Below are positions 8,294 to 18,240 of a stretch of DNA of 64,000 bases, one piece after another. The DNA is from Promethearchaeota archaeon (GTDB lineage Archaea > Asgardarchaeota > Lokiarchaeia > Sigyniarchaeales > SOKP01): positions 1-64,000 of the forward strand of contig JBHLON010000013.1 of assembly GCA_048940445.1 (NCBI GenBank). Reading direction: 5' to 3'. Each line of letters starts with the position of its first letter. Position 1 is the first letter of the stretch. Under the pieces are notes generated by a model. That model ran no database searches. It saw only the letters and a list, made by a program, of their open reading frames with translations, and was not told where the DNA came from. Both the position numbers and the translations under genes were made by a program.

Positions 8294-10573
8294 ATGAATA
8301 ATCAAGTTAATCATATTAGCTATTCCTCACTGATCGCAATTCTTACCTATTTTTGTATTGAAGCTTTTTACAATTTGATGGTTAACTTCAACTCATTTAT
8401 TTTTTTGAACTTATCACAGACCTTAATTATCCTACCCTCTCTTCTTATCACTATCACTTGCCTAATTGTCGAATTTTTAGTATTTAAATCAAATCGCATT
8501 AAACAAGTAAATAGAATTTTCATAATTATTCTGATTATTTGCCTCCTTCGAATTTTTATCCAATTTATAGTATATCCATCTATAACAATCATCCTTAATT
8601 TCAGCTTGTTGTTATCAATATTCCTTTTAATTATCGAATTTTATCATACCTTACACTTGCCTTATTCAATAACGATTAGTGGCATTATTATAGGCATAGA
8701 AATACAATTTTTAATTCTTATTCTCAATATCTCTTCAAACATTAGCTGGAACATTAATAAAATTGTCCCTACGTTTTTATTTATTACTTTATTGGTTTTA
8801 TTTGATTACTTTTTGTTTTTACCTAAAAAACTTCGACAAGTTAAAATAGATACTAAAGATTCTTCATCAAAGATGGGCAAAAAGAAGCTATCTTACTTTC
8901 ACTTTATTATTTTGGGGATTTTATTTATCTTGTGCATGATATGGATCTTAAATCCTATGGCATTAGCCGCTTATGATATATTTGATTTAGTTAAAAACGA
9001 TTTATATGGCTTTTATGTACCTATTTGGTACTATAATTCATATGGATTTAGTTTTTATGTAATTATTATCATAGGATGTTTAATTGGTTCCTATTTTTTA
9101 TCAAATGTAATTTTTAATTATTTAAGTCAAAAGAACCAAAGAATTCTTCTTGCGATTACAATAATAATTTGTTCTATATCAAATATATTTGCTTTTTTTT
9201 TCCTAGAACATGATTCTTCTTATCTCTCAACTATCAATTTAATAATTCTCTGCTCTATTAATGTTTTTACATTAATTTTTTATTTACATTATCTTTTAAC
9301 TGTATATTTATTCTCAAATCGGAAAAAAAATTATAGAGGATTACTAATTTTTATTCTTACAGTTTTCTTCTTTATAATTTTGCAAGTAGAAATTTTATGG
9401 GGTCTAAAACCATCACTTATTTTTAATGTGATTACTCTTATTATACCACTTGCAATCCTTATCTTTTTTACAGAATTTATTCTTAACAAATTAATCAGAA
9501 ATGAAGGAGTTGTCAGCGAAATTAACTCTAAAATCTCAAGCGTTCCAAGAAATTATCATTTATTAATAATTTTCTTTTTAGGTATAATTCTTTTTATTAT
9601 GTATGTTAGTCCCTTTAGTTTCAATCCTTATTTAACTCATACTCTTTTTTTAATAACAACAATCGGAATTTCAATTATTATTATAGACGATATTTGGAAA
9701 ATAGTTTTAAGATTAAAGAAAAAAATTAATGGTTTTAAGATAAGATTTAATCCCCCGAGTTGGAAATATAGCTTAGTGATTTTTATTACTATTTTATTAG
9801 CTAATTGTATAGTCAATGATCTTTTATATCAAGAAAGTAAGTTTATTAGTCGAGGAAATATTTATAATCCAACTTTTATGACGTGGAATATTCATAATGC
9901 AATTGGCACGGATGATGTGTTTGATTTAGATAGAGTTGTAGAAGACATCAGAATTATAGATCCAGATATTCTCCTCCTAAATGAAGTTGATAGAGGTGCT
10001 TTAAAAACGAGTTTCGTCGATATACTTGTTTATATTGCCTTTAAACTTCATATGAACTACTACTATGGAAGCACATATTATAATCATTATGGAAACGCGA
10101 TTTTATATAAATGGCGAATGCACCTCTTTGAAGTTCAAAATATAAATCTTCCACAGCAATCTGATGATCTACGTTCAATGATTGAAGCTAAATTTATTTT
10201 TGGGCTTCAAGATTGGGTTATTTTTGGAACTCATTTGTCAACAAAAGAATCTGATCGTCTTTTACAAATACCATTCATTATTTCTGAAATTCAGACTATT
10301 AGTTTTTCCACTAATATTATCTGGATGGGAGACTTCAACTTTGAGCCAAATTCTATCGAATATTCGATGATTAACGGCACAAGTAGTTTAAATTTTACAG
10401 ATACCTATCGATTCCTTAACTCTGATGAAGGTTATACAGCTGAATTTAACAAAAACAGTATCCCCCAGAAACGGATAGATTATATCTTCTGCTCTCCTAA
10501 TTTGATTCCACTTACAAGTTATACTTTGTGTACAATTGCTTCGGATCATTGTGCTGTAATAACAAAATTTTGA
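8294..10573 (+). CDS. Polytopic membrane protein with C-terminal endonuclease/exonuclease/phosphatase (EEP) domain, CWH43/PGAP2IP-like architecture
   Basis: About 500 aa of TM helices, then MTWNIH, LNEVD, THLS, MGDFN, RIDYIF and SDH motifs. Confidence 0.8.
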   Translation: MNNQVNHISYSSLIAILTYFCIEAFYNLMVNFNSFIFLNLSQTLIILPSLLITITCLIVEFLVFKSNRIKQVNRIFIIILIICLLRIFIQFIVYPSITIILNFSLLLSIFLLIIEFYHTLHLPYSITISGIIIGIEIQFLILILNISSNISWNINKIVPTFLFITLLVLFDYFLFLPKKLRQVKIDTKDSSSKMGKKKLSYFHFIILGILFILCMIWILNPMALAAYDIFDLVKNDLYGFYVPIWYYNSYGFSFYVIIIIGCLIGSYFLSNVIFNYLSQKNQRILLAITIIICSISNIFAFFFLEHDSSYLSTINLIILCSINVFTLIFYLHYLLTVYLFSNRKKNYRGLLIFILTVFFFIILQVEILWGLKPSLIFNVITLIIPLAILIFFTEFILNKLIRNEGVVSEINSKISSVPRNYHLLIIFFLGIILFIMYVSPFSFNPYLTHTLFLITTIGISIIIIDDIWKIVLRLKKKINGFKIRFNPPSWKYSLVIFITILLANCIVNDLLYQESKFISRGNIYNPTFMTWNIHNAIGTDDVFDLDRVVEDIRIIDPDILLLNEVDRGALKTSFVDILVYIAFKLHMNYYYGSTYYNHYGNAILYKWRMHLFEVQNINLPQQSDDLRSMIEAKFIFGLQDWVIFGTHLSTKESDRLLQIPFIISEIQTISFSTNIIWMGDFNFEPNSIEYSMINGTSSLNFTDTYRFLNSDEGYTAEFNKNSIPQKRIDYIFCSPNLIPLTSYTLCTIASDHCAVITKF

Positions 10574-10658
10574 AAAGATGTTATTATTGAAATGTAGAGA
10601 TTTATCTTATAATTAAATCTTTGTGTAAATTATTAAGCTTTCTTAGACGAATTCATAG

Positions 10659-12923
10659 CTATTTTTTTATTTTTCTTCTCCTTATCGTTGTACGGATTAA
10701 AATGGATGACATAATTCCTACTATAGCACATCCAGTTATTATCATCCCGAGTTGTATAGTATTCCCTAAACTTGTTGCATCCATTGGCAACTCCATGTCA
10801 TACTGAGCAAGTAAAGGCATCAAATTATTTTTAAAATCAGGCAGCCACTTAAGAATCATATCCATGGTTTTATCATCTAAAAAGTTAGCATTACGAGTCT
10901 TGTTGTATGATTTTGAATGCTTAAAACCAATATTCCACCATACTTGGATGTCTCGGACTAATGAATAAGAATTAGTAGGATCCCAGAGAAGCAATGCGGA
11001 ATCAAGTGACATATTTGTTGGAATTGGTATGCCTACTTCAAATCCAATTGTTCCAGGAGGAAGACTTGGTATGAAATCGTGGAAATCTATCCCCCCTGGA
11101 AACATATCCATTCCCATTATAGTACCATTAGCCCATTGCTCTAACAATAACGCTTTAGCGAATTCATTAAGTGTCATATTATAGCCTAATTCACTTTCAA
11201 GAAGCTTTGGCAAAAGATCTTGGCTAAATGAGGAAGGCCCATCCCATAACCAATTAAGGATCGACTGGATTTGACTATTTGATAATTGGAAAGCTTGTTG
11301 TAACTCAATTTTAGTTTCCATACTTATAAAAGCATCATGCCATTTTTCGATACCTGTGATATTAGTTAATGATAATGGATTTGAAGTATCCCAAAGATCT
11401 TCTATTTGTGATAACAAAAGCCCTATTGAGGTTGGAATTCCTACTTCAAAACCAGTCGTTCCAAGGGGTATATCTTCTATAAATTCACCGAAATCAATAC
11501 CTTCTGGAAATAAAGATAATCCCAAAGCTGTACCATTAGCCCATAATTCATAAAATACTCTTTGTGATAAATCTTCTATTGTCGTATTATACCCATATGG
11601 TTTGGGTGTTGAAACTAACATTAGAAATAAGTGACTGTTAAATCCTTCTGGTCCCCATAGCCAATCACATATATCTATTACCTGCTGTGTGGTTAAGTTA
11701 AAATGAGAAGCCAAATTTAGTCTCGTACTACTACTTGAATTTGCTTCAAACCACTTCAATATTCCCGTTATATTAAGAAATGACCACTCATTCGTCTTAT
11801 CCCATAAAGCATATGCTGAATTAATTGAAATATTACTATTTACTTCTAATCCATAGGTTCTGGGAGGAATCTCATTAATAAAATAATGAAAATCGACTCC
11901 GAGTGGATAGGTTGAAAAATTAATCCATTGCTTTAAAAACTCATAATATGAAATATCATCCAAGGTCATTTTTACATATTCGGGTGCTCTTGCACTAAAT
12001 TCTGAATTTGGATTCTGTAATTCAGCAAGAAGAATGGGCATTACTACAGGTACCCAGTACTCATAAAAATATCGAGCAAGTATCTCGAAATCACCCCAAT
12101 CCAAGGTCCTGCCTTCATAATATTGAGCTAAGAATTCTGAATGCATTCCAGTTTGATTACTAACTGTAAAATTAGTAAGGTAATCTAATATACCAAAACC
12201 TTTTGAAGTATGTTGAATAATTCCTGGTGGATTATTTCTCCAGAGATCAGTTTCTTTTTGAGCAGGATCACCCCACGCTAAAATATCATTTGGATTTGGA
12301 CGTGGAATTTGTCCTAATAATGCATAACTACATTCACCAATTTCAAGATCGATTTCAGAACTTTGAACATTAGACCACCATTCTGAAACGCCCAATATAG
12401 GGGGGAGGTCATTTTCTTCTAATTGTTCACTAAAAGAGGTAGTACCCAGTCCCCCCATTGAAGTGGGACCTAAGTAGAGATCATTATAATCAAAAAATAA
12501 ATTAAGTAAAGCATCACCACCATCGACGTGATAACCCAAAATATCCATAGAATGGGTTAAGCCTTCTAAATAGGCTTGATATAATAATTGAGTTAAAAAA
12601 GAAGCGTTTACCATTAATCGATTAGCAGGTACAGCAAGTTCTTTTATATCTTGGAGAGCAATTGCAGGACCGATTTCTCTAATCATATCTTCAATAATTG
12701 GTAAAGCATTTTCTTTTATCATTGGTAATGAAATAGCTGGTCCTATATCTAAAATCATCTCCTCAGCCTTTGGAATGAACTGTTCTTCGATACCAGAAAG
12801 CCCTATATCTACATTATCATAAAGGAGATTATCAATATAATTATTTATTAAGATACCACCAGGAATCGCAACTCCTCCAAGAATAAGAAAGATTACTGAA
12901 AAAATCCTTAATTTTTTTCCCAT
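10659..12923 (-). CDS. Large extracellular protein with N- and C-terminal TM anchors and three ~130-aa repeats
   Basis: Hydrophobic helices at both ends. Repeated (E/Q)WANGT..FPxGIDF..GFEVG..LWD..SL.N.TGI.KW..I..WLW unit; many N-x-S/T sequons. Confidence 0.8.
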   Translation of the reverse strand: MGKKLRIFSVIFLILGGVAIPGGILINNYIDNLLYDNVDIGLSGIEEQFIPKAEEMILDIGPAISLPMIKENALPIIEDMIREIGPAIALQDIKELAVPANRLMVNASFLTQLLYQAYLEGLTHSMDILGYHVDGGDALLNLFFDYNDLYLGPTSMGGLGTTSFSEQLEENDLPPILGVSEWWSNVQSSEIDLEIGECSYALLGQIPRPNPNDILAWGDPAQKETDLWRNNPPGIIQHTSKGFGILDYLTNFTVSNQTGMHSEFLAQYYEGRTLDWGDFEILARYFYEYWVPVVMPILLAELQNPNSEFSARAPEYVKMTLDDISYYEFLKQWINFSTYPLGVDFHYFINEIPPRTYGLEVNSNISINSAYALWDKTNEWSFLNITGILKWFEANSSSSTRLNLASHFNLTTQQVIDICDWLWGPEGFNSHLFLMLVSTPKPYGYNTTIEDLSQRVFYELWANGTALGLSLFPEGIDFGEFIEDIPLGTTGFEVGIPTSIGLLLSQIEDLWDTSNPLSLTNITGIEKWHDAFISMETKIELQQAFQLSNSQIQSILNWLWDGPSSFSQDLLPKLLESELGYNMTLNEFAKALLLEQWANGTIMGMDMFPGGIDFHDFIPSLPPGTIGFEVGIPIPTNMSLDSALLLWDPTNSYSLVRDIQVWWNIGFKHSKSYNKTRNANFLDDKTMDMILKWLPDFKNNLMPLLAQYDMELPMDATSLGNTIQLGMIITGCAIVGIMSSILIRTTIRRRKIKK
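10860..11945 (-). repeat. Three tandem ~130-aa protein repeats (boundaries approximate)
   Basis: PLGVDF/PEGIDF/PGGIDF, GLEV/GFEVG/GFEVG and LWDKTN/LWDTSN/LWDPTN recur in register. Confidence 0.8.
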
Positions 12924-13030
12924 TTTAAACACAATTAATCATAAATTTTAATTTAGTTTTATTGTCGGATTAAACACTTTTTATTAATGGTATATTTCAA
13001 CATGATCATTTATAAAGATTTACCAATTAA

Positions 13031-13056
13031 TGATCACGAATAATTATTACTGATCA
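13031..13056. promoter_or_regulatory. Palindromic putative operator between divergent genes
   Basis: TGATCA-cg-AATAATTATT-ac-TGATCA (22 of 26 positions symmetric). A third TGATCA lies at 13003-13008. Confidence 0.6.
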
Positions 13057-13142
13057 ATGTTTAATATCAGTTTTAAATAACATAAAACACAATTAACCAT
13101 TATAATACCAATTTTCTCTGAATAATATTATGTAGTGTTTAT

Positions 13143-13838
13143 ATGAACGAAAAGAAAGTGGGTATCAATCATGAATCTGAGATCTTGGAATGTATAAGGG
13201 ATAATCCGAGTGGAGCTACTGTTTCTGATATTGTAAATTCCACTAGTTTTTCTAGGAATACTGTATCTAAATATGTTTCAATTCTTGAAGTTAAAAAAGA
13301 AATTTTCGGTAAAAAAGTTGGAGCTTATAGACTATACTTTGCTACTAAAAAGAGATATATACCTTTGGAATTTGCTATCTCATATTACAAAGCATTAATC
13401 TCTCGATTTAAGAAATATATACCTAATACAGAAGATTTAGCCAAAAAGATTGGAAAAGAAGCAGTAGAAGATGTTAAGTTTACATTCGCTCCTAACATAT
13501 ATAAACAGATGAAAGCTTTGAAAGACAATCCAATTTCTAGAGTTCATTTAGAAAGTTTTAAAAACTTTTACCCCGTATATGATCCTTTTTCACCAGAAAT
13601 TGAAATTTCAATAATAAATTTTGATCCTGAAGGAAAAAGTGCCACTTTTCGGTTCAAAAATTCACCATTCTTATCTGATACTTCAGAGTTTGACTATCAT
13701 ATATATATTATATGTGGAATTACAGAAGGGATTCTTGAGAGAGAGTTAAAAGCAAAGGTGGTTTGTAAGATTAAAGAGATACATCCATCAATTAATAAGG
13801 AAGAAGCTTACTTCGATATAATGATTAATTTATCTTAA
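13143..13838 (+). CDS. wHTH + V4R-like ligand-binding transcriptional regulator
   Basis: N-terminal HTH (TVSDIV..FSRNTVSKYVSILE..GAYRLY). C-terminal NSPF..H.Y.ICGITEG..C V4R-like signature. Confidence 0.8.
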   Translation: MNEKKVGINHESEILECIRDNPSGATVSDIVNSTSFSRNTVSKYVSILEVKKEIFGKKVGAYRLYFATKKRYIPLEFAISYYKALISRFKKYIPNTEDLAKKIGKEAVEDVKFTFAPNIYKQMKALKDNPISRVHLESFKNFYPVYDPFSPEIEISIINFDPEGKSATFRFKNSPFLSDTSEFDYHIYIICGITEGILERELKAKVVCKIKEIHPSINKEEAYFDIMINLS

Positions 13839-13940
13839 TTCTAAAAAAAGGCATACTATTTATTTAGATGAGTAAAGAATTAGGAGAATTATAAGGAATG
13901 ATGAAATTAAAATAATTAAAAAAAAGAAATACTCATAAAG

Positions 13941-14234
13941 TTAACAGGAATCCTCAATTTTTCTAAGCTGAAAATATTCTCGACTCAATCTGTCTAAAGT
14001 TTCTTGAGATGCCCCTTTCCTCATCATAAATTTAATCAACTTCAATTTTTCTTTTATAAGATCTTGTTTAATCTTTTTTGGGTTATCTGAATTTAAAATA
14101 TAAGCTTCTAACTTCTGTTCTAAAGAAAGTTTCTCTTTTAGAAATGCCTTAAACTCTCTTACTATTTCTATATTCCAATTATCATATAATATCTTTTCAT
14201 CCTTCTCATTAAATCTAATTGTCTTAGTTGGAAT
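13941..14234 (-). CDS. 97-aa protein with ribbon-helix-helix-like N-terminus; ATT start; absent from the ORF track
   Basis: 98 open codons, (M)PTKTIRFNEKDEKILYDNW...RKIEDSC*. Preceded by a strong SD, AGGAGGAGGTG, 7 nt before ATT. No upstream in-frame ATG/GTG/TTG before a TGA. Confidence 0.7.
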   Translation of the reverse strand: MPTKTIRFNEKDEKILYDNWNIEIVREFKAFLKEKLSLEQKLEAYILNSDNPKKIKQDLIKEKLKLIKFMMRKGASQETLDRLSREYFQLRKIEDSC

Positions 14235-14589
14235 AATTAAGCACCTCCTCCTATTTAATATAACTTTGCCTCCTAAATATCATAAAGAAAAACAGAAAAA
14301 ATACAATATAAACAAAAAGATCGTATTAATTTAGTAATTTTTTTTGTCATTCTCTTTTCATTAGGAATCGTTCTACAACATTTATAATATATTAAGAAAA
14401 TAACAATATGTAACTTTATCGCCAGAATCTTTACTACAATGCATTAGAAGGTAATTTTAAATTAAAAATCATTTTTTATATCTAAGTAAAGCCATGATAG
14501 GGTGATATATCTTTTACTAAAAAGAGAAGCGTTTATATTAATAATTTAAGAGTTCTCAAGCTTCTTCATAATAGTAGAGACAATGCTTC

Positions 14590-15552
14590 TTAGTATATTG
14601 CTTTATTTTTGATATGTAAATTGAAACCTTCAGTTTTATCAATGATCTCCTCTGTATCTTTGTCAAAATGCACTTGAAATCCATATCCAGAATTTCTAAT
14701 GTAACTTTCTGCAAGGAAAATAGTAACATTTATTGTATTATCATTCTCTGTGATAAAAGGAATTCTATCTTCCCATTTGGAAAAAAAGCCATAATCTTTG
14801 GCTAAAATTAGTGATTTTTCATAAAATAGAGCTTGATTGGAATTCAGTTTGAGTTTTGTATCGATTAGAGTTTTGGAATAAGAAGTAAATATATTTCTTT
14901 TAACAAGTTTAAAGTGTTTCTCGTCACTTACTTTTTTAGTGGAATAGATGTAATAAGTAAAGGGACTAACACCAGGAATGAATCGGTCAGACGATGGTAA
15001 TTTAATCTTAAAGTAGATTTTCATAACAATACGCCATAAAAAATAGGCTATGTAAAATCCACTAACATAATAAGAAAATACAACTAGATTAATTGCAGGC
15101 CAAACAAAAAAGATTATTATATATGATAACATAATGCTGATGGAGATTAATAACATATAAAAATTTATTGCTCGATCGATGAAAAATCGGTACCTTTTTC
15201 TTGATATAGGATAAAAAATCGGAGTCTTTGATGCTGCTAAGAAATCTAAGGTAATATGCAAACAGTAAAATAGAAATCCTAGTGGCCAAACATATAAAAA
15301 TGGTATTTTTGTAACAAGTGAGAATATTCCACCTGTAATTGCTGTGATAACTATTGCAAACACATAAGAATGTGATATTCCCTTATGAGCTAAATTTTTA
15401 TTTCGACGTATGAATTTAAACGATTCAAAAACTACATCAAAATCAGGAGACACCGCCATAAAGCCCATATAAATTACCATGGCTAAACCAAAACGATTGA
15501 GTGCAAATGCACTAATTAAAAGTCCTACTAAAAAGTGAGTAAAGAAATCCAT
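14590..15552 (-). CDS. Membrane-bound metal-dependent hydrolase (YdjM/YfhP-like)
   Basis: MDFFTH, PDFD, HKGISHS and HITLD motifs plus TM segments. Confidence 0.88.
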   Translation of the reverse strand: MDFFTHFLVGLLISAFALNRFGLAMVIYMGFMAVSPDFDVVFESFKFIRRNKNLAHKGISHSYVFAIVITAITGGIFSLVTKIPFLYVWPLGFLFYCLHITLDFLAASKTPIFYPISRKRYRFFIDRAINFYMLLISISIMLSYIIIFFVWPAINLVVFSYYVSGFYIAYFLWRIVMKIYFKIKLPSSDRFIPGVSPFTYYIYSTKKVSDEKHFKLVKRNIFTSYSKTLIDTKLKLNSNQALFYEKSLILAKDYGFFSKWEDRIPFITENDNTINVTIFLAESYIRNSGYGFQVHFDKDTEEIIDKTEGFNLHIKNKAIY

Positions 15553-16045
15553 ATCCCTTGATTTAGAAAAAAATCGCGCATATTTTAAGTTTCATATTAT
15601 TAATTATTGACTTAATACTAATAAGTCAAGTTTTTCATTACAAAAAGTAAAAATTTTTTATTTGAAATTAAATTAAAAATCTTGCATTTACTTAGGAGAT
15701 CAATCCATTCTCCTGTTAGAGAATCTTTCTTTCTTTTTGAATTATTTCTTTATTGATTCCATCTAAGAGATATTCATTTGATTAATTCTTTTTCTAGCCT
15801 AGTTTTAGCAAATTCATTAACATAGAAATACTCAAAATAGTCATAAATCAATTCTCATGAATTTACTAATGGGCTACAAGAAATCACCATTTCTACGAAA
15901 ATAATGGTTACAAACTTGTTAGTAAAAAATTTGATAAAGAAGAAAATATCATGACATATTACTTTGAAAAAATCGTAAATTTCAATAATCCAAAATAAAT
16001 TCTTTCATATAATTTAAAAGATTTTGCCTAAAATTAGATTATACT

Positions 16046-16483
16046 ATGGAAGAATTACCTAATGAAGCTTTGCCAACCAATCAAATTGAAGCTCAAGGAA
16101 TGATGATTAAAAGTTTTTATAGAAAATTTGGGAAGGAAGCATTACCACTGATCAAAGAAGTATGTAGAAAACAAGGGCGAGCTTTGGGCTTAAAGATTAA
16201 AACTAAACTCTCTGATACTAAGTTATCAACTGTTGCGATGGCTTTCTCAAAAAGTTTTGACCAGAGATACGTCACGGTAATATCAGTATCAGATAATGAA
16301 TTCCACATTCAAGGTACTAAATGCCCTTTTGGATTAGAAAACACATCACGAGAACTATGTGAAACTGTAATGGAAATAGATCATGAATACTTTCGCGTAG
16401 CTGTGAATAATAATATAAAATTAGAGATTTTAAATACTGTTGCTGAAGGAGATTCTTGCTGTAATACTATATATAAAATTTGA
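16046..16483 (+). CDS. V4R / ATC-hydrolase-like small domain protein
   Basis: KCPFG..LCE..MEID..TVAEGDSCC pattern. Confidence 0.65.
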   Translation: MEELPNEALPTNQIEAQGMMIKSFYRKFGKEALPLIKEVCRKQGRALGLKIKTKLSDTKLSTVAMAFSKSFDQRYVTVISVSDNEFHIQGTKCPFGLENTSRELCETVMEIDHEYFRVAVNNNIKLEILNTVAEGDSCCNTIYKI

Positions 16484-16531
16484 ATAAAAAGAAAAAAAAT
16501 ATTAAAATTTGACACTGATTATTCTCTCGGT

Positions 16532-16738
16532 TTACATCATACCGATAGCAAGTTTCATATCAGCCTGAGTTACCTTCTTTCGGCCAGAGTGCTTAGCAAT
16601 GTCTAACGCGCATGTTGTAAGTTCTTTTGCATATTCTTCTAAATAATCCATTAATTTATCAACTGCAGCACGACTTACAATCTCAGCACCAGCTTTTTTC
16701 ATTAAAGAACGCAATGGTGACCAGGCAAATGCAGCCAT
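16532..16738 (-). CDS. Archaeal histone (HMf-like, tail-less)
   Basis: PLRSLMKKAGAEIVS...AKHSGRKKVTQADMKLA histone fold; SD GGAGG. Confidence 0.95.
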   Translation of the reverse strand: MAAFAWSPLRSLMKKAGAEIVSRAAVDKLMDYLEEYAKELTTCALDIAKHSGRKKVTQADMKLAIGMM

Positions 16739-17238
16739 TTTTTATTCCTCCACTTTTTAATTTTTTTGATAATTTTTTTAGAGAAGAGTTAAATTTTTCA
16801 TAAAATTTAACATTCTTATTTTTAAATTGTTATTACTTATATTTAAACATGTTGGTTGATGGTGTGAATCTGAATGATAAGGTCATCCACTTTCGGTCGA
16901 CAAAAAAGTTTGGTGATACAAAAAATATTTTTTTTAACTTATGATATGTAATATAACAATTTGATCAATTTTTGTTTTCAAATAGTAATGTTTTATCTAC
17001 AATTAGATTTAGAATGAGATAATCTGGAAGAATTCCTGAATATTATTCAAATGTATATAAATACTAATAAAACATTTTATATATTTTGATTATGGAATTT
17101 TACAATTGCCATCCTAGTAATGATTACATGAACTATAAATATAATCTGACAGAGATAAAGAAACTTTATTAACATTGAGTTATTTTATATATGTGAAAAT
17201 TAAAATTATTTTTAAAAAATTTTTATAAATACATTAAT

Positions 17239-17418
17239 TTAATCATCTATCATTCTTTTATGGCTCTTAGAGCATGTTTCATAAGTACAATCATAAAAAC
17301 CCTCTTCCCAATCTTCTGTGGTGTTATAATGTTCCCAACAATATATTTTATCACATTCAGGGCAACAAGCATTTAATCGTTCATATGCATGATACTTTTT
17401 TATGAACCCATGAATTCC
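17239..17418 (-). pseudogene. Startless remnant of a Cys/His-rich protein
   Basis: 60 codons, GIHGFIKKYH..CCPECDKIYCWEHY..GFYDCTYETCSKSHKRMIDD*, directly preceded by an in-frame TAA. Confidence 0.5.
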
Positions 17419-17630
17419 TTACTAATAAAAATAAGAAAATGGTCGTTTATAAATGGAGTGTTGAATGTTGAGTGTTTTTGGGCCACAATCGGAAAATAAA
17501 TCTTTCTTGCTTATAATAAATCAAGAATTTTTTAATTTATACAAAAAGACATAAAGATTTAAAATTGAATATATTGTTTTATCTATAAAGAAAATTTTTT
17601 TAATAATAGGCGGAAATGTGAGATAATATA

Positions 17631-18206
17631 ATGTTTCAGCAAGAAGAAAAACCTGCGTATATATTCAAAATTTGCCTACTTGGACATGCTTTTGTAGGTA
17701 AAACATGCATAGCCAAAAGGCTATGTTGTGACACTTTTGATGCAGATACAACACTTACAATAGGAATAGATTTCTATACATATGATATGCCTATTATTAT
17801 AGATGACAGAGAAACTTTTTTACGTTTCAGCATTTGGGATTTTGGAGGACAGGAACAATTTAAAAAAATGTTTAGCTATTACATACATGGAGCAAACGGA
17901 ATCTTTTATGTTTTTAGTCTGAGTGATCTTAACAATACATTACTTGGTTTGGATTGGTGGAATGAACATTTACAAAAGCTAATACCCGAGGACATTCCAA
18001 AAATCTTGGTTGGGTGTAAACTTGATTTAATTAAAGACAAAAAAAGAGTAAACGATTTAGTAATCGAGAGCTTTCGAAAAAAGCATAACAATCTTCCTTA
18101 TTACGCTACCTCAGCAAAAGAGAATGTAAATATAAGAAAGATTTTCGAAGAGATGGCAAAAATTATATTAGATAAAAATGAATTTGACTATGATAAGATT
18201 CTTTAA
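17631..18206 (+). CDS. Rab-like small GTPase
   Basis: GHAFVGKT, TIGIDF, IWDFGGQEQF, CKLD and TSAK motifs. Confidence 0.92.
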   Translation: MFQQEEKPAYIFKICLLGHAFVGKTCIAKRLCCDTFDADTTLTIGIDFYTYDMPIIIDDRETFLRFSIWDFGGQEQFKKMFSYYIHGANGIFYVFSLSDLNNTLLGLDWWNEHLQKLIPEDIPKILVGCKLDLIKDKKRVNDLVIESFRKKHNNLPYYATSAKENVNIRKIFEEMAKIILDKNEFDYDKIL

Positions 18207-18240
18207 ATTACGTTCTATTTTTTAAAAAAACACATCTAAA

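Noticed and set aside
15660-15900. Possible minus-strand gene remnant
   Set aside because: Only short frames with no recognisable motif.
16851-16905. Possible C/D box sRNA upstream of the histone
   Set aside because: Boxes are degenerate, the guide is too short and there is no terminal CTGA.
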